From the NCBI GenBank assembly GCA_009776725.1, contig WRNE01000002.1, forward strand, positions 1-64,000: DNA of 64,000 nt, written 5' to 3'. The notes beneath the pieces are model-generated. The model had not been told where the DNA came from. It did no database searches and was given only the letters and a program-made list of their open reading frames with translations. This DNA comes from Coriobacteriia bacterium (lineage in GTDB: Bacteria; Actinomycetota; Coriobacteriia; Coriobacteriales; UBA8131). The position numbers and the translations under genes are program-made. This document shows positions 9,930 to 19,784 of the stretch, one piece after another. Each line of letters begins with the position of its first letter. Position 1 is the stretch's first letter.

Positions 9930-12161
9930 ATGAGAAAACCGCATCTCCGTTCTTTATTGTTGTCGATTGCCGTCATTTGCCTATTGGCTGCCCAGTTTCC
10001 CTATGCCTATGCCGACACAGCCGATGATGGCCCTGCCCTTGACTATGGCGATCAAGCCAAGTACCGAAGCGACCAGATTATCGTTACCTATGAAAGCGAC
10101 GTAGAGCTTGAAGGGCTTTTGCCCCTTGTCGAAGACATTAACCAGATAGCCGAAGACCCAGACGGCAACGAGATCGCCGTCGCTCAGATCACTGACCAGG
10201 CCGATGTGCTGGACGTTATTGCCGCTGCCCTTGACGAGCCCGGTGTGATAGCTGCCCAGCCGGATTATATCTATCAAGCACTGGAAGGGACAAACGACCC
10301 TTTACTGGGGATAAACACGTCTTGGTGGTGGCTAGACGCAGTAGATGCCTACTCGGCATGGGACGTCATACAGACCGACCGCCAGCTTACTGTTGCCTTG
10401 TTCGATACCGGGATAAACATCTATCATGAGGACCTGGCAGCCAACATCGACCTTGACCACGCTTGGGATGCCGTCAACAAGCGACCCCTCCTGACGTCCA
10501 TTGCCCAAGACGGGCCAAATGCCTGTGGCGAGCTAAGCGCATCAGGGCACGGCACGCACGTGGCTGGTATCTTAAGCTCTGTGGCCAACAACGGCATCGG
10601 TGGCGCCGGCGTCTCCTATAACGCCATACTCCTGCCAATTCGTGTTTTCAGCATCGAGGGCGGCAGCCTGGTGTCTAGCACTGCCACATTGATCAGTGCC
10701 TATGACTATCTCATCGACCTGCAAGGCTTGGGCGAGCTGATGGGGCTGCGGGTAGTCAATATGAGCCTCGGCGAGTACAGTTCGGGCAACTACGACCAGC
10801 TGCTGCACAATAAAATCATCCAAGCCGAGTCCTGTGGCTTGATGACTGTCGCTGCCGGAGGGAACCTTGGGGTCAGCAACCCGCTTTACCCCTCTGATTG
10901 GCCAGAGGTCTTTTCAGTCGTCCCGATCGATATCAACAACCAAAAGCCTATCAACTACGACCTCAACGCCAACAAGGACATCTGCGCCCCGGGCATCAAC
11001 ATCTATAGCACGAGCTATTCGCTAAGCAGTCCGAGCAATTCGTACTACCAGCCTAAAAACGGCTCGTCGATGGCAGCCCCCATCGTCTCGGGGATTGCCT
11101 GCCTGGTGTGGAGCGTCAATCCTGGCTTGTCGGTCAATGCTGTAAAACAAATACTTCTTGACACGGCAGACAAGTATGGGGCAGAAGACCCGCTGCTTTT
11201 TGGCTTTAGCCGGGTCAATGCCAAATCAGCCGTGGCAGCAGCCGACTCCAGTATCGTCCCTCCCCCGCCGCCGGTTGCTACCTTGGAAGGCTTTTACAAT
11301 ATCAGCTCCGGGGTCGGGAACAGCCTGGTCTTAGACGTTGCTGGCGCATCCTTAGACAATGGCGCCTCGATCATAACCTTTACCAAGAACCATACTGTCG
11401 CCCAGGTCTTCCAGCTGGTCTACGACAGCAGCGACGACTGCTATGTGATCATCAACCCCCGCTCCCAAAAAGCCATTGACGTCCCAGGTGCCAATGCCTA
11501 TAAAGGCGCCCAGCTGTGGCAACACATGCAAAACGGCACCGATGCCCAAAAATGGAGGATCATCGAAAACGACGACGGCAGTTATATGATCGTGACCAAG
11601 CTCGACCCTGGACTTTGTATAGACGTGCCGGGGGCAAGCAGGGAGCCTAGCTCGCATATGCAGCTGCATCCGATAAACCATACGCCGGCCCAGAAGTTCA
11701 GCTTTGGCAAGGATCTTGCCCATACCGTCCCAGAGGGAGTCTATAGCATTGCCCTAGCGAAAGCCCCAGGACAAATGGTCGATGTCCAATGGGGGTCTCT
11801 GTCAGACGGGGCGAACATCCAGCTCTGGGGTTCGAACCACACTGTCGCCCAACAGTTCCATATCTCTTTCGACCCGGTCACCGGCATGTACCAGATGATT
11901 AACGTGGGATCAGACAAGGCAGTCGATGTCGAAGGCGACGGACTGGTCCGTTGCACCAATGTCTGGCAGCATAGGCAAAACAACACCCTCGCCCAACGAT
12001 GGTACTTCGAGCCAGTGGGCAACAGCTACCGGATCTATGCTGCCCATTCAGGGCTGGCACTGGACGCAGAGGGAGCTGGGGTCGTAAACGGGACCAATAT
12101 TTGGATTTTTACCCCAAATCAAACCCCGGCCCAAGACTGGCTGCTTGTCCAAGTGCCTTAG
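9930..12161 (+). CDS. Secreted subtilisin-like serine protease (peptidase S8) with C-terminal ricin-B (CBM13) lectin repeats.
   Basis: A signal peptide is present. The S8 catalytic triad motifs are DTGINIYHEDL, GHGTHVAGIL and GSSMAAPIVSG. A PPPP linker is followed by two beta-trefoils carrying QxW repeats (AQVFQL, AQKWRI, AQKFSF, AQQFHI, AQRWYF, AQDWLL). Confidence 0.8.
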   Translation: MRKPHLRSLLLSIAVICLLAAQFPYAYADTADDGPALDYGDQAKYRSDQIIVTYESDVELEGLLPLVEDINQIAEDPDGNEIAVAQITDQADVLDVIAAALDEPGVIAAQPDYIYQALEGTNDPLLGINTSWWWLDAVDAYSAWDVIQTDRQLTVALFDTGINIYHEDLAANIDLDHAWDAVNKRPLLTSIAQDGPNACGELSASGHGTHVAGILSSVANNGIGGAGVSYNAILLPIRVFSIEGGSLVSSTATLISAYDYLIDLQGLGELMGLRVVNMSLGEYSSGNYDQLLHNKIIQAESCGLMTVAAGGNLGVSNPLYPSDWPEVFSVVPIDINNQKPINYDLNANKDICAPGINIYSTSYSLSSPSNSYYQPKNGSSMAAPIVSGIACLVWSVNPGLSVNAVKQILLDTADKYGAEDPLLFGFSRVNAKSAVAAADSSIVPPPPPVATLEGFYNISSGVGNSLVLDVAGASLDNGASIITFTKNHTVAQVFQLVYDSSDDCYVIINPRSQKAIDVPGANAYKGAQLWQHMQNGTDAQKWRIIENDDGSYMIVTKLDPGLCIDVPGASREPSSHMQLHPINHTPAQKFSFGKDLAHTVPEGVYSIALAKAPGQMVDVQWGSLSDGANIQLWGSNHTVAQQFHISFDPVTGMYQMINVGSDKAVDVEGDGLVRCTNVWQHRQNNTLAQRWYFEPVGNSYRIYAAHSGLALDAEGAGVVNGTNIWIFTPNQTPAQDWLLVQVP

Positions 12162-12228
12162 CATATAATGTAGTCTCAGATAGTCTTAAAAACTGTGGAA
12201 AGCTCAAATCAAATAGGGAGAAAAGGGA

Positions 12229-15144
12229 GTGATGTGCATGAAAAAACCTAACAAAAGGCACATAAGCAAAAGCTCGTCTGCTTTCGTCAGGCTGGCATCG
12301 TTGTTGATAGCTTTTACCTTGGGCTTCTCGAACCTGGGGATAGTATTTGCCGACGATCCGGAAGCTGCTGCCACAGAGCCCGGCGATACAGGCGAAGGGC
12401 TTACTGACGACCAGCAAGTCGACGAAAGCCTACCAAACGATAATGAAGACAGTGCAGAGGCCAGCCTAGACACTGGGACTTTGGAGCCCACGCTTGATGA
12501 TTCTGCAATCGAGCCAATGGCCAGCACTTATCCATATTACGTGGTTTATGAGCCAGAGCAAAACAGCACTATAGTCAATGTCATACTGCCCAATCTCGAC
12601 ATGCTGACGCTGCTTGGCTCTGCTGACTCAGTCACCATTGAGGCAAGCATGGTATACAAAGGGGCAACGACACGAAGCCCCAAAGCCAGTATGGGCCTGG
12701 CCGACCTGCTCGATGCGGGCACAGACAGTTTTACTATGGACTTTGGCGACTTTGGGCGTTATTCGGTCACTGCGTCATTTTACAGAGGTGAGACGCTGGT
12801 AGCTTTAGGCGACACTACCACAGTAGGAGTTACCGCCGACGAGTACAATATCGCCCCAGTCAGCGCTACGTTGCCGGTCCTGTACTTGTCCCTAGCCTTG
12901 TTTGGGCCTGAGTCGATACGTTATAGCGGGCCAAACTCGACTGGAAGCCTGGTGCCGACTATCCTCTTGCTGGAGCGTCCAAGCCACTTTGACTGGAGCC
13001 ACCTGCCCGAAGGCGTCTATGGCTTGCCCTACCTGTCCCAAAGCGAGACCGTATACCAACCGGACGATTTTGGCCAAGCCGGCCAAAAGTTCATGGGCCT
13101 GGCACCAGCCATGGTCGACTATGTAGCCGACCTTTATCTGATGAACCCGGCCTCGGTCTTTAATCTTTATGTGGTTGACTACTACCTTGGCCTGATCCAG
13201 ATGATCATCTACGCCAATGGCATCCCAGCGAGCCAATACACAATCACAGTGCTCTCCGATGGGGCGTTCTCGTATAACCGGTTCAACACGGTATACGAGT
13301 CAGAAGACCCCGGTGCAACGCACGCTGCGATGGTTGCCGAGTGGAATGCAGCCAAGAGCGCTGCCTATGCCAGCCACACCGTCAGCAGCGGGTTTAGCTT
13401 GAACCAGTGCCATGCCTATCTGTACGTTGCAGTCGACGTCGAGGCCAATGCCGTTTGGTGGCTGGCCAGGCCGGCTTTGTTCAGCAGCGGGGACTCGGAC
13501 TCGTTTGCCGACACAGTCCGGGCAAACCCCAAAGTGAAGGCCTATGTGATCTCCAACACAGACCCTGCTACCCCGGGGCGGCTGCAGCTGTTTTCAAGCG
13601 CCGATCAAATTATGTTTATGCGCCTGTTTGACTTCTCTGGCTCGTATTTTTCCGAGGCAGAGGACTCTGGCAAGCAGATCATGGTCTTTCTGGGCACGAC
13701 TATCTGGTTGGAAGAAGGCCATTTCAGCGACTATGCGCGCTTCACCATGGCTTTTTATGGCGACGACTATGCCTATTACTATAAAGGCCACCCGGGCACA
13801 CCGACCGGTATGTATCCGGACAAGCAAGCCGAGCTGGACACACTGGGGATAATCGATGTCGACTCGTCCATACCAGCCGAGCTGATACTGTTCTTTTATC
13901 CGCAGATCCTCTTGTCTGGGTACAGCTCCAGCACATATGCCAGCGTGCCTGTCGGCATGGGCAAGCTCATGTTCAACATGAGCAAGGCCAGCGGAGAGAA
14001 CAGCCCGCTCTATAAGAACATGGACGCCTGGATTACCAGCGTGACGCCTACGACCCCACAGGCCATACGCAGCCTATGTGTGCCTGGGGACAATAATTAC
14101 CTAGTCGAGTTCTCTGATGCATTCGTCAATAGCGTCAACAACGAGTACACCCACGCTATCTGGGATGCGACGGCCTATACCATCACGTATTACCTCTTTG
14201 ACGGCACCTCGTACAGTTTTGTCAGGACTGAGGATGCCCACATCAATGCCTTGGGTGAAGGCCTGTTTGTCATCAGCCCCAAAGTCAACGCCCTTCTGGC
14301 AGTCGATGTCGTTGGCGGGTCCTTGTCCAATGAGGCCTTGATCCAAGCCTGGACAAACAACCAGTCGCCTGCCCAGACGTTTAGACTGACTGCAGTGGGA
14401 AGCGGTTATTATACTATCCAAAACGTCAAATCCGGCAAAATGCTCGATGCCCAATACGGTGGCCAGACACCAGGCACGATGGTGCATCAATGGACTCCGA
14501 ACGGGACCCCTGCCCAAAAATGGAAACTGGTCGACACCGGTGACGGGGACGGCTCTTTTTATATCATATGCGCTAGCAACGGCCTGTACCTGGACATGCA
14601 ATGGGGCGGTTCTCAAGCTGGGACCTATCTGCATCTATGGAACGGGAACAACAGCACGGCACAGAAGTTTTACTTTGACAGATTGACCGAGAATGTAGCA
14701 AGCGGAACCTATAACATAGTCTCTCTTGTCTCTGGGCCAGACATTGACATGGTTATGGATGTGCAGGGCGGTTCGCTCTCGAACGGCGGGGTCATACAGC
14801 TTTGGCACAGTAACGAAACTCCCGCCCAGCAGTTCGAGCTTCGCTACAACCCGGCAAACGGTTACTATTCGATAATCAATGTCAAATCCGGCCTCTACCT
14901 CGACGTAGCCGGGGCAAACCCAGCATCTGAGTCGACCGTCCAGCAGTTCCAAGGAAACGGCACGCCGGCGCAGATGTGGCGGATCCGGCAGAACAGCGAT
15001 GGGTCCTATACGTTCATCTCAGCCACTGGCCGCGGCACAGCGCTTGATGTCCAAGGGGCAAATAACGCCGATGGCGCAAGGATTTGGACGTTTACCCCAA
15101 ATGACACCCCAGCCCAAAAATGGGGCTTGGTACTGCTGCCATGA
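12229..15144 (+). CDS. Secreted protein with an N-terminal domain of unknown function (about 650 aa) and two C-terminal ricin-B lectin beta-trefoils.
   Basis: It has a signal peptide and an acidic low-complexity linker. The large N-terminal region has no motif I can assign. The C-terminus carries QxW repeats (AQTFRL, AQKWKL, AQKFYF, AQQFEL, AQMWRI, AQKWGL). Confidence 0.6.
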   Translation: MMCMKKPNKRHISKSSSAFVRLASLLIAFTLGFSNLGIVFADDPEAAATEPGDTGEGLTDDQQVDESLPNDNEDSAEASLDTGTLEPTLDDSAIEPMASTYPYYVVYEPEQNSTIVNVILPNLDMLTLLGSADSVTIEASMVYKGATTRSPKASMGLADLLDAGTDSFTMDFGDFGRYSVTASFYRGETLVALGDTTTVGVTADEYNIAPVSATLPVLYLSLALFGPESIRYSGPNSTGSLVPTILLLERPSHFDWSHLPEGVYGLPYLSQSETVYQPDDFGQAGQKFMGLAPAMVDYVADLYLMNPASVFNLYVVDYYLGLIQMIIYANGIPASQYTITVLSDGAFSYNRFNTVYESEDPGATHAAMVAEWNAAKSAAYASHTVSSGFSLNQCHAYLYVAVDVEANAVWWLARPALFSSGDSDSFADTVRANPKVKAYVISNTDPATPGRLQLFSSADQIMFMRLFDFSGSYFSEAEDSGKQIMVFLGTTIWLEEGHFSDYARFTMAFYGDDYAYYYKGHPGTPTGMYPDKQAELDTLGIIDVDSSIPAELILFFYPQILLSGYSSSTYASVPVGMGKLMFNMSKASGENSPLYKNMDAWITSVTPTTPQAIRSLCVPGDNNYLVEFSDAFVNSVNNEYTHAIWDATAYTITYYLFDGTSYSFVRTEDAHINALGEGLFVISPKVNALLAVDVVGGSLSNEALIQAWTNNQSPAQTFRLTAVGSGYYTIQNVKSGKMLDAQYGGQTPGTMVHQWTPNGTPAQKWKLVDTGDGDGSFYIICASNGLYLDMQWGGSQAGTYLHLWNGNNSTAQKFYFDRLTENVASGTYNIVSLVSGPDIDMVMDVQGGSLSNGGVIQLWHSNETPAQQFELRYNPANGYYSIINVKSGLYLDVAGANPASESTVQQFQGNGTPAQMWRIRQNSDGSYTFISATGRGTALDVQGANNADGARIWTFTPNDTPAQKWGLVLLP

Positions 15145-15171
15145 CTTAGCTGTTTTTCGCTCATTACGCAA

Positions 15172-15207
15172 AACAATAGGCTGCCTAGGTAGCCTATTGT
15201 TTTATTG
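15172..15207. terminator. Bidirectional intrinsic terminator between convergent genes.
   Basis: A perfect 10-bp stem (aacaataggc-tgcctaggta-gcctattgtt) is flanked by an A-run (5') and ttattg (3'), so it works in both directions. Confidence 0.6.
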
Positions 15208-15303
15208 TCTTAACACCCGAGCCTGCCTCGGCTATCTACCTGTCAGCGCTTAATAACAAATCCTGTCGGCTGCTTGCCGGCTCCCGACACCAAGGCCGAT
15301 AAG

Positions 15304-15687
15304 TCAGGTGAAGATCACTTTTCGGTATAAGACAAAGTTCCAGGCCACAATACAGGCCATGGAGATTGTTTTGGCAATTACTGGAAGTACGCCCTGGAGG
15401 GCAAGCATGTAAATCAGGCTTGTGGAAAAGACTTGGTTGAACAAGAAAAGCAGTATATACAATAGCGCGCTTCGATATGGCTTGGCTGTCGATTTGAAGG
15501 AGTAGTTCCGGTTCAAAGTAAAATTGACCGCTGTAGAGCAAGTTATAGCAATCGGGTTGGCAAAGCGGACATCCATCGCAAAGCCCGTGTTGAGTAGGAC
15601 AAAGAACACCAGCTCGATTAGTGCAGAAGCCAGTCCGACGAAAATATAACGTTTAACCTGGGCAATCAGTTCACTGTCGATCTTCAA
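15304..15687 (-). CDS. GtrA/GtcA-family small membrane protein, a putative lipid-linked sugar flippase.
   Basis: The 127-aa protein has 4 predicted TM segments and GtrA-like sequence features (FxxVGxxxxxxE..., NFxLNRNYSF). It overlaps the upstream GT2 gene by 4 nt. Confidence 0.7.
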   Translation of the reverse strand: MKIDSELIAQVKRYIFVGLASALIELVFFVLLNTGFAMDVRFANPIAITCSTAVNFTLNRNYSFKSTAKPYRSALLYILLFLFNQVFSTSLIYMLALQGVLPVIAKTISMACIVAWNFVLYRKVIFT

Positions 15688-16661
15688 TATCTTCTCGGCT
15701 TCTCTGCGTTCTTCTCCCGGTTGACCTCGATCTCATACTGTCTGCGGTTCCCTTTGCTGACCACAGCCATAATGAGGCCGCCGAACAATGACAGAAGGCT
15801 GGCGCAGGCAAAAAACCCAGCAACCAGGGCAATGGGAGAGGCACTGCCTGGTGCTGAGGGTGTTCGAGCGAAGACAGCTGTTAATACCAATATCATGCTA
15901 ATAATGAATAATATGATACTTATAGTGGTCAATAACAGTTGCGGACGATACTCCATAAGCAGCATAAACACTGTCCTTATCACCTTAAACCCGTCCCGGA
16001 AGGTCGATAGCTTTGAAACGCTGCCCTGGGGACGGTCTTTGATCTCGACCGGCACCTCGACTATACGCCAGTTCTTGTCTATGGCATGTATGTACATTTC
16101 AGCTTCTATTTGAAAGCCCTTTGAAAGCACCGGCAAAGTCTTGGCGAACAGCTGGTTCATTGCCCGATAGCCGGTCAAGGCGTCATTGATGCGAAAGCTA
16201 AACAGATTGCTTATGAGAAAGCAGACCAGCTGGTTGCCCAGGAGATGGAAAGCACGCTTGTTCTCGCGGTGATAGCTTTTGTTTGACAGCCGGTCGCCGA
16301 TGACAATGTCTGCCCTGTCCTCAAGCAGAGGGCTTAGCATGGCATGTACTGCCGAGGCAGGATGTTGGCCGTCGCCGTCTACGAGTACATAAAAATCCGC
16401 ATCGATGTCCCGGAGCATCTGTCGTATGACATTGCCTTTCCCCTGCCGAGGCTCAAAACGGACGATTGCCCCGTTTTCCCTAGCTATCCTGGCTGTGGCA
16501 TCAGAGGAGTTATTGTCGTATACATATATCAGAGCGTCGGGAAGCTCGTTTCGGAAGTCACTGATGACTGCTGCGATGGTCATTTCTTCGTTATAGCAGG
16601 GTATCAATATAGCTATCGATGCATTTTCTGACATAAAAGCCCCGTATCTGCAAGCGTCCAC
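15684..16661 (-). CDS. GT2-family glycosyltransferase, bactoprenol/dolichol-phosphate sugar transferase type (GtrB/CsbB/DPM1-like).
   Basis: It has the GT-A N-terminus ILIPCYNEE...YVYDNNSSD...VLVDGDGQHP (DxD region) and a C-terminal TM anchor. The start codon is GTG (revcomp of 16659-16661). Confidence 0.8.
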   Translation of the reverse strand: MDACRYGAFMSENASIAILIPCYNEEMTIAAVISDFRNELPDALIYVYDNNSSDATARIARENGAIVRFEPRQGKGNVIRQMLRDIDADFYVLVDGDGQHPASAVHAMLSPLLEDRADIVIGDRLSNKSYHRENKRAFHLLGNQLVCFLISNLFSFRINDALTGYRAMNQLFAKTLPVLSKGFQIEAEMYIHAIDKNWRIVEVPVEIKDRPQGSVSKLSTFRDGFKVIRTVFMLLMEYRPQLLLTTISIILFIISMILVLTAVFARTPSAPGSASPIALVAGFFACASLLSLFGGLIMAVVSKGNRRQYEIEVNREKNAEKPRRY

Positions 16662-16665
16662 TGTT

Positions 16666-16687
16666 AAACTGATATGACAATCAGTTT
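16666..16687. promoter_or_regulatory. Perfect 8-bp inverted repeat AAACTGAT-N6-ATCAGTTT in the divergent promoter between the GT2 gene and the GT-C membrane protein gene.
   Basis: The repeat is read directly from the sequence. It lies immediately 5' of the GT2 start codon. Confidence 0.4.
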
Positions 16688-16752
16688 ATTATATATAAAT
16701 CATAATTGTAGCTGCCAATACAGTAGGAACGATTCACCATGAATGGACTTAG

Positions 16753-18474
16753 ATGAAGATAAGCGAGATTGTCACCGAAGCATACCTAAACATCGTGCCC
16801 GGCAAGCGCCGCTTGGCCCTATGTGCCGCTCTGGCGGCTTTTTTCTCGTCTGTTACCCTTTTCGGGCGCTCGTTCTATTTTTTAGGATCGGCCTCGGCTA
16901 TGTTTGCTACAGCTTTACAGGCGTTATTGACCTTTTTGTGTTTTATCCTCATTTCCCTCCTCTACCTGCTGTTCTTGTTTGTCGTCTTTAAGGCGATCGA
17001 CGAAAAGGACATTGCCCGATTGTTGGCCGATAAGCACGAGAACAGCCAAAAAAGGCATCAGCCAAGCCTGCTCAGAGCCTTCGAGGAGCACCCAGTGCTC
17101 GTACGCACGTTGATAATCCTTGCCTGCTACCTGCCTTTTCTGGTGATACTCTACCCGGGCAATGTGCCTCACGACGCTTACAGCCAGATAAACCAGTTCA
17201 TGGGGATCATCCCCCTAAGCAACGGCCACCCGGTGGCCTCGACAATGATCATGGGCTCGATCTTCTCCTTTGGCAGGTTTCTGGTCGACGACAATTTTGG
17301 GGTCTTCCTCTATGTGCTTATACAGAGCCTGGCCATGGCCTATACATTCGCTAAAACGATAAGCCTTGCCGACAGCTATGGGTTCAAAAAACTCGCCTGG
17401 TTTGGCCTGGTGTTTTTTGCTGTCTGCCCTATATGGCCTATCTATGCAGCCACAATGATCAAAGACACAATGTTTTTGATCGCTTTTGTAGCGTTTTGCC
17501 TGAGGTTGGTTGGGCTTGTCACGGCCAAAGAAGCCTTGTCCCCCAAATCCTGCCTTACTTTCGTCATCGTCACACTGTTGGTCTGCTGGACAAGGCACAA
17601 CGGCATCTATGTCGTAGTCCCTAGCCTTTTGCTAGCTGTTTTCACTGTACAGAAAACCATGCGTAAGCAAAGCCTCTTCCTATTCGCTGCTGTGGTTGTG
17701 GTTTTCCTGGCATGGTCGAGTGTGGTCCTCCCCATATTAGGCGTCGAGCCGTCACCGGCAAACGAGATGATGAGCATCCCCTACCAACAAACGGCACGGT
17801 ATGTGATCAGGTATGCAGACGAGATCACCGATGAGGAGAAACGCATCATCGACACATCGATCAACTACGACTTGATACCTGAGCTTTACAATCCCGAGCT
17901 GTCTGACCCGATCAAATGGAGCAACTCTTTTTACGGCGGCCCATCCAAAGAATATTTGATACTTTGGTGCAAGATGTTTTTTCGACACCCTTTTACCTAC
18001 ATCAGTGCAAGCTTCCATAACACATACGGGTATTACTACCCATTTGAGAACTTCGACGTAATGCGGTCGTTCCAGCTGTACATCAAGGGCGACCCGGTGG
18101 CTACAGGTGATTTTGACATCCATTATTTGTTCAGCAGAGCCACAGAGGGAGAAAATCCGGACAACCCGGACCTAACGGCACCAAAGGCAGTCATCGACTA
18201 TGTTACCTGGTGGCGCAGTCTTCCGGTTATCCGCAGCCTCACCAGGCCGGGAGTCTATCTCTGGGGCCTATTAGTTGCCCTGGTCTACCTGCTCGACAGA
18301 CGGCAATATGCAAAGCTTCCCGCCATCGTGCCCTCAGCGATGCTGTTCTGCACATGCTTGGCCTCACCGGTCAACGGGCTGCTTCGTTATGCCATGCCTT
18401 ATATGGCTAGCACATTCCTCTTGCTGGCTTTTGCTTTAAAGGATAGTGAAAAAAGCCTATATCTGCGAGAATGA
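16753..18474 (+). CDS. Polytopic membrane protein, a putative GT-C-fold glycosyltransferase (YkcB/ArnT/PMT-like). It is the third component of a GtrABC-type lipid-carrier glycosylation system.
   Basis: The 573-aa protein has about 11 hydrophobic helices in the N-terminal two-thirds and a soluble C-terminal third. It is transcribed divergently from the GtrB/GtrA-like genes. The family assignment rests on architecture and context only. Confidence 0.5.
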   Translation: MKISEIVTEAYLNIVPGKRRLALCAALAAFFSSVTLFGRSFYFLGSASAMFATALQALLTFLCFILISLLYLLFLFVVFKAIDEKDIARLLADKHENSQKRHQPSLLRAFEEHPVLVRTLIILACYLPFLVILYPGNVPHDAYSQINQFMGIIPLSNGHPVASTMIMGSIFSFGRFLVDDNFGVFLYVLIQSLAMAYTFAKTISLADSYGFKKLAWFGLVFFAVCPIWPIYAATMIKDTMFLIAFVAFCLRLVGLVTAKEALSPKSCLTFVIVTLLVCWTRHNGIYVVVPSLLLAVFTVQKTMRKQSLFLFAAVVVVFLAWSSVVLPILGVEPSPANEMMSIPYQQTARYVIRYADEITDEEKRIIDTSINYDLIPELYNPELSDPIKWSNSFYGGPSKEYLILWCKMFFRHPFTYISASFHNTYGYYYPFENFDVMRSFQLYIKGDPVATGDFDIHYLFSRATEGENPDNPDLTAPKAVIDYVTWWRSLPVIRSLTRPGVYLWGLLVALVYLLDRRQYAKLPAIVPSAMLFCTCLASPVNGLLRYAMPYMASTFLLLAFALKDSEKSLYLRE

Positions 18475-18517
18475 CTACATACAAGTAAGTAAGTGTGGCG
18501 TGCTTCTACATTGATAA

Positions 18518-19741
18518 TTGGAGTTGATAAGTGTGAAGATTGTTGTTGCTGGTATGGGCTATGTCGGTTTATCGATTGCCTGTTTATTGGCCCAGAAGAA
18601 CTCGGTATATGCAGTTGATATCATCGAAGAGAAAACCGAACGGATCAATAAGCGCATGCCCATTTTCGCAGATGACGATATCGAGCGGTTCTATGCAAGC
18701 AAGGACTTAGACCTCCAGGCAACTACTAGGCTTTCTGAGACCTTTGCTGATGCTGACTTCCTAGTCATTGCCACACCTACCGACTACGACGACGTCTTGA
18801 ACCATTTTGACACCTCATCGATAGAAAGCGTTTTGTCCGAGGCCTCACAGTATTTTACCAAAGCCGTAGTCGTCATCAAGTCCACTTTGCCTGTAGCCTA
18901 TACAGACAAGCTCTGCGAAGACTTCCCGAACATGAGGATCCTTTTCTCACCGGAGTTCTTACGCGAGGGACAAGCCTTGTACGATAACTTGAACCCTTCG
19001 CGGATTATTGTCGGGGTGCCTGCAGGGCATGCGGAACTGGTACCGGACGCGAAGGCCTTCGCCGGCCTTTTAGCCGAGGGGGCTGCTGCAGACAGGCCTG
19101 ACGGCATTGCCTCGCCTGTAATCCCTGAACTGATCGTAGGAGCTGCCGAAGCAGAGGCCATCAAGCTTTTTGCCAACACCTATTTGGCATTGCGGGTCTC
19201 CTACTTCAACGAACTGGACACTTTCGCTGAAATGCGCGGCTTGAGCACTGCAGAGATCATCGAAGGGGTCAGCTTGGACCCGCGGATAGGCGATTACTAT
19301 AACAATCCCTCCTTTGGTTATGGGGGTTATTGCCTGCCCAAAGACACCAAACAGCTTCTTGCGAATTACCATAGCGTACCTCAGAACCTGATTCAAGCGA
19401 TCGTCCAAGCCAACCAGACCAGGATGGACTATATAGTCAGCCAAATTATCGAAAAGAACCCAAAGCTGGTCGGTATCCACAGGCTGATCATGAAAAGCAA
19501 TTCGGATAATTTCAGGCAAAGCTCCATACAAGGAATTATGGAGCGCCTTAAAAACAAGGGCATACCCTTTCTGGTCTATGAGCCTTTGTTAGACGAGAAC
19601 ACCGCCTATGAGTTCGAATACACCAAAGACCTCCAGCTTTTAAAGGATGAGTGCGACCTGATCATCGCCAACCGGGCCAGTGATGATCTAAAGGATGTAA
19701 TGCATAAGACATACAGCCGCGACTTGTGGCAGCGCGACTAA
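18518..19741 (+). CDS. ugd: UDP-glucose 6-dehydrogenase / nucleotide-sugar dehydrogenase.
   Basis: It has a Rossmann motif (VVAGMGYVGLS) and the catalytic Cys motif (GYGGYCLPKDT). The likely real start is GTG at 18533, preceded by GGAG. The track ORF begins at TTG 18518. Confidence 0.8.
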   Translation: MELISVKIVVAGMGYVGLSIACLLAQKNSVYAVDIIEEKTERINKRMPIFADDDIERFYASKDLDLQATTRLSETFADADFLVIATPTDYDDVLNHFDTSSIESVLSEASQYFTKAVVVIKSTLPVAYTDKLCEDFPNMRILFSPEFLREGQALYDNLNPSRIIVGVPAGHAELVPDAKAFAGLLAEGAAADRPDGIASPVIPELIVGAAEAEAIKLFANTYLALRVSYFNELDTFAEMRGLSTAEIIEGVSLDPRIGDYYNNPSFGYGGYCLPKDTKQLLANYHSVPQNLIQAIVQANQTRMDYIVSQIIEKNPKLVGIHRLIMKSNSDNFRQSSIQGIMERLKNKGIPFLVYEPLLDENTAYEFEYTKDLQLLKDECDLIIANRASDDLKDVMHKTYSRDLWQRD

Positions 19742-19784
19742 TAGGCTTAAAACTGCTTTACGCTGCACCTAGAGTTCGGTAAAG

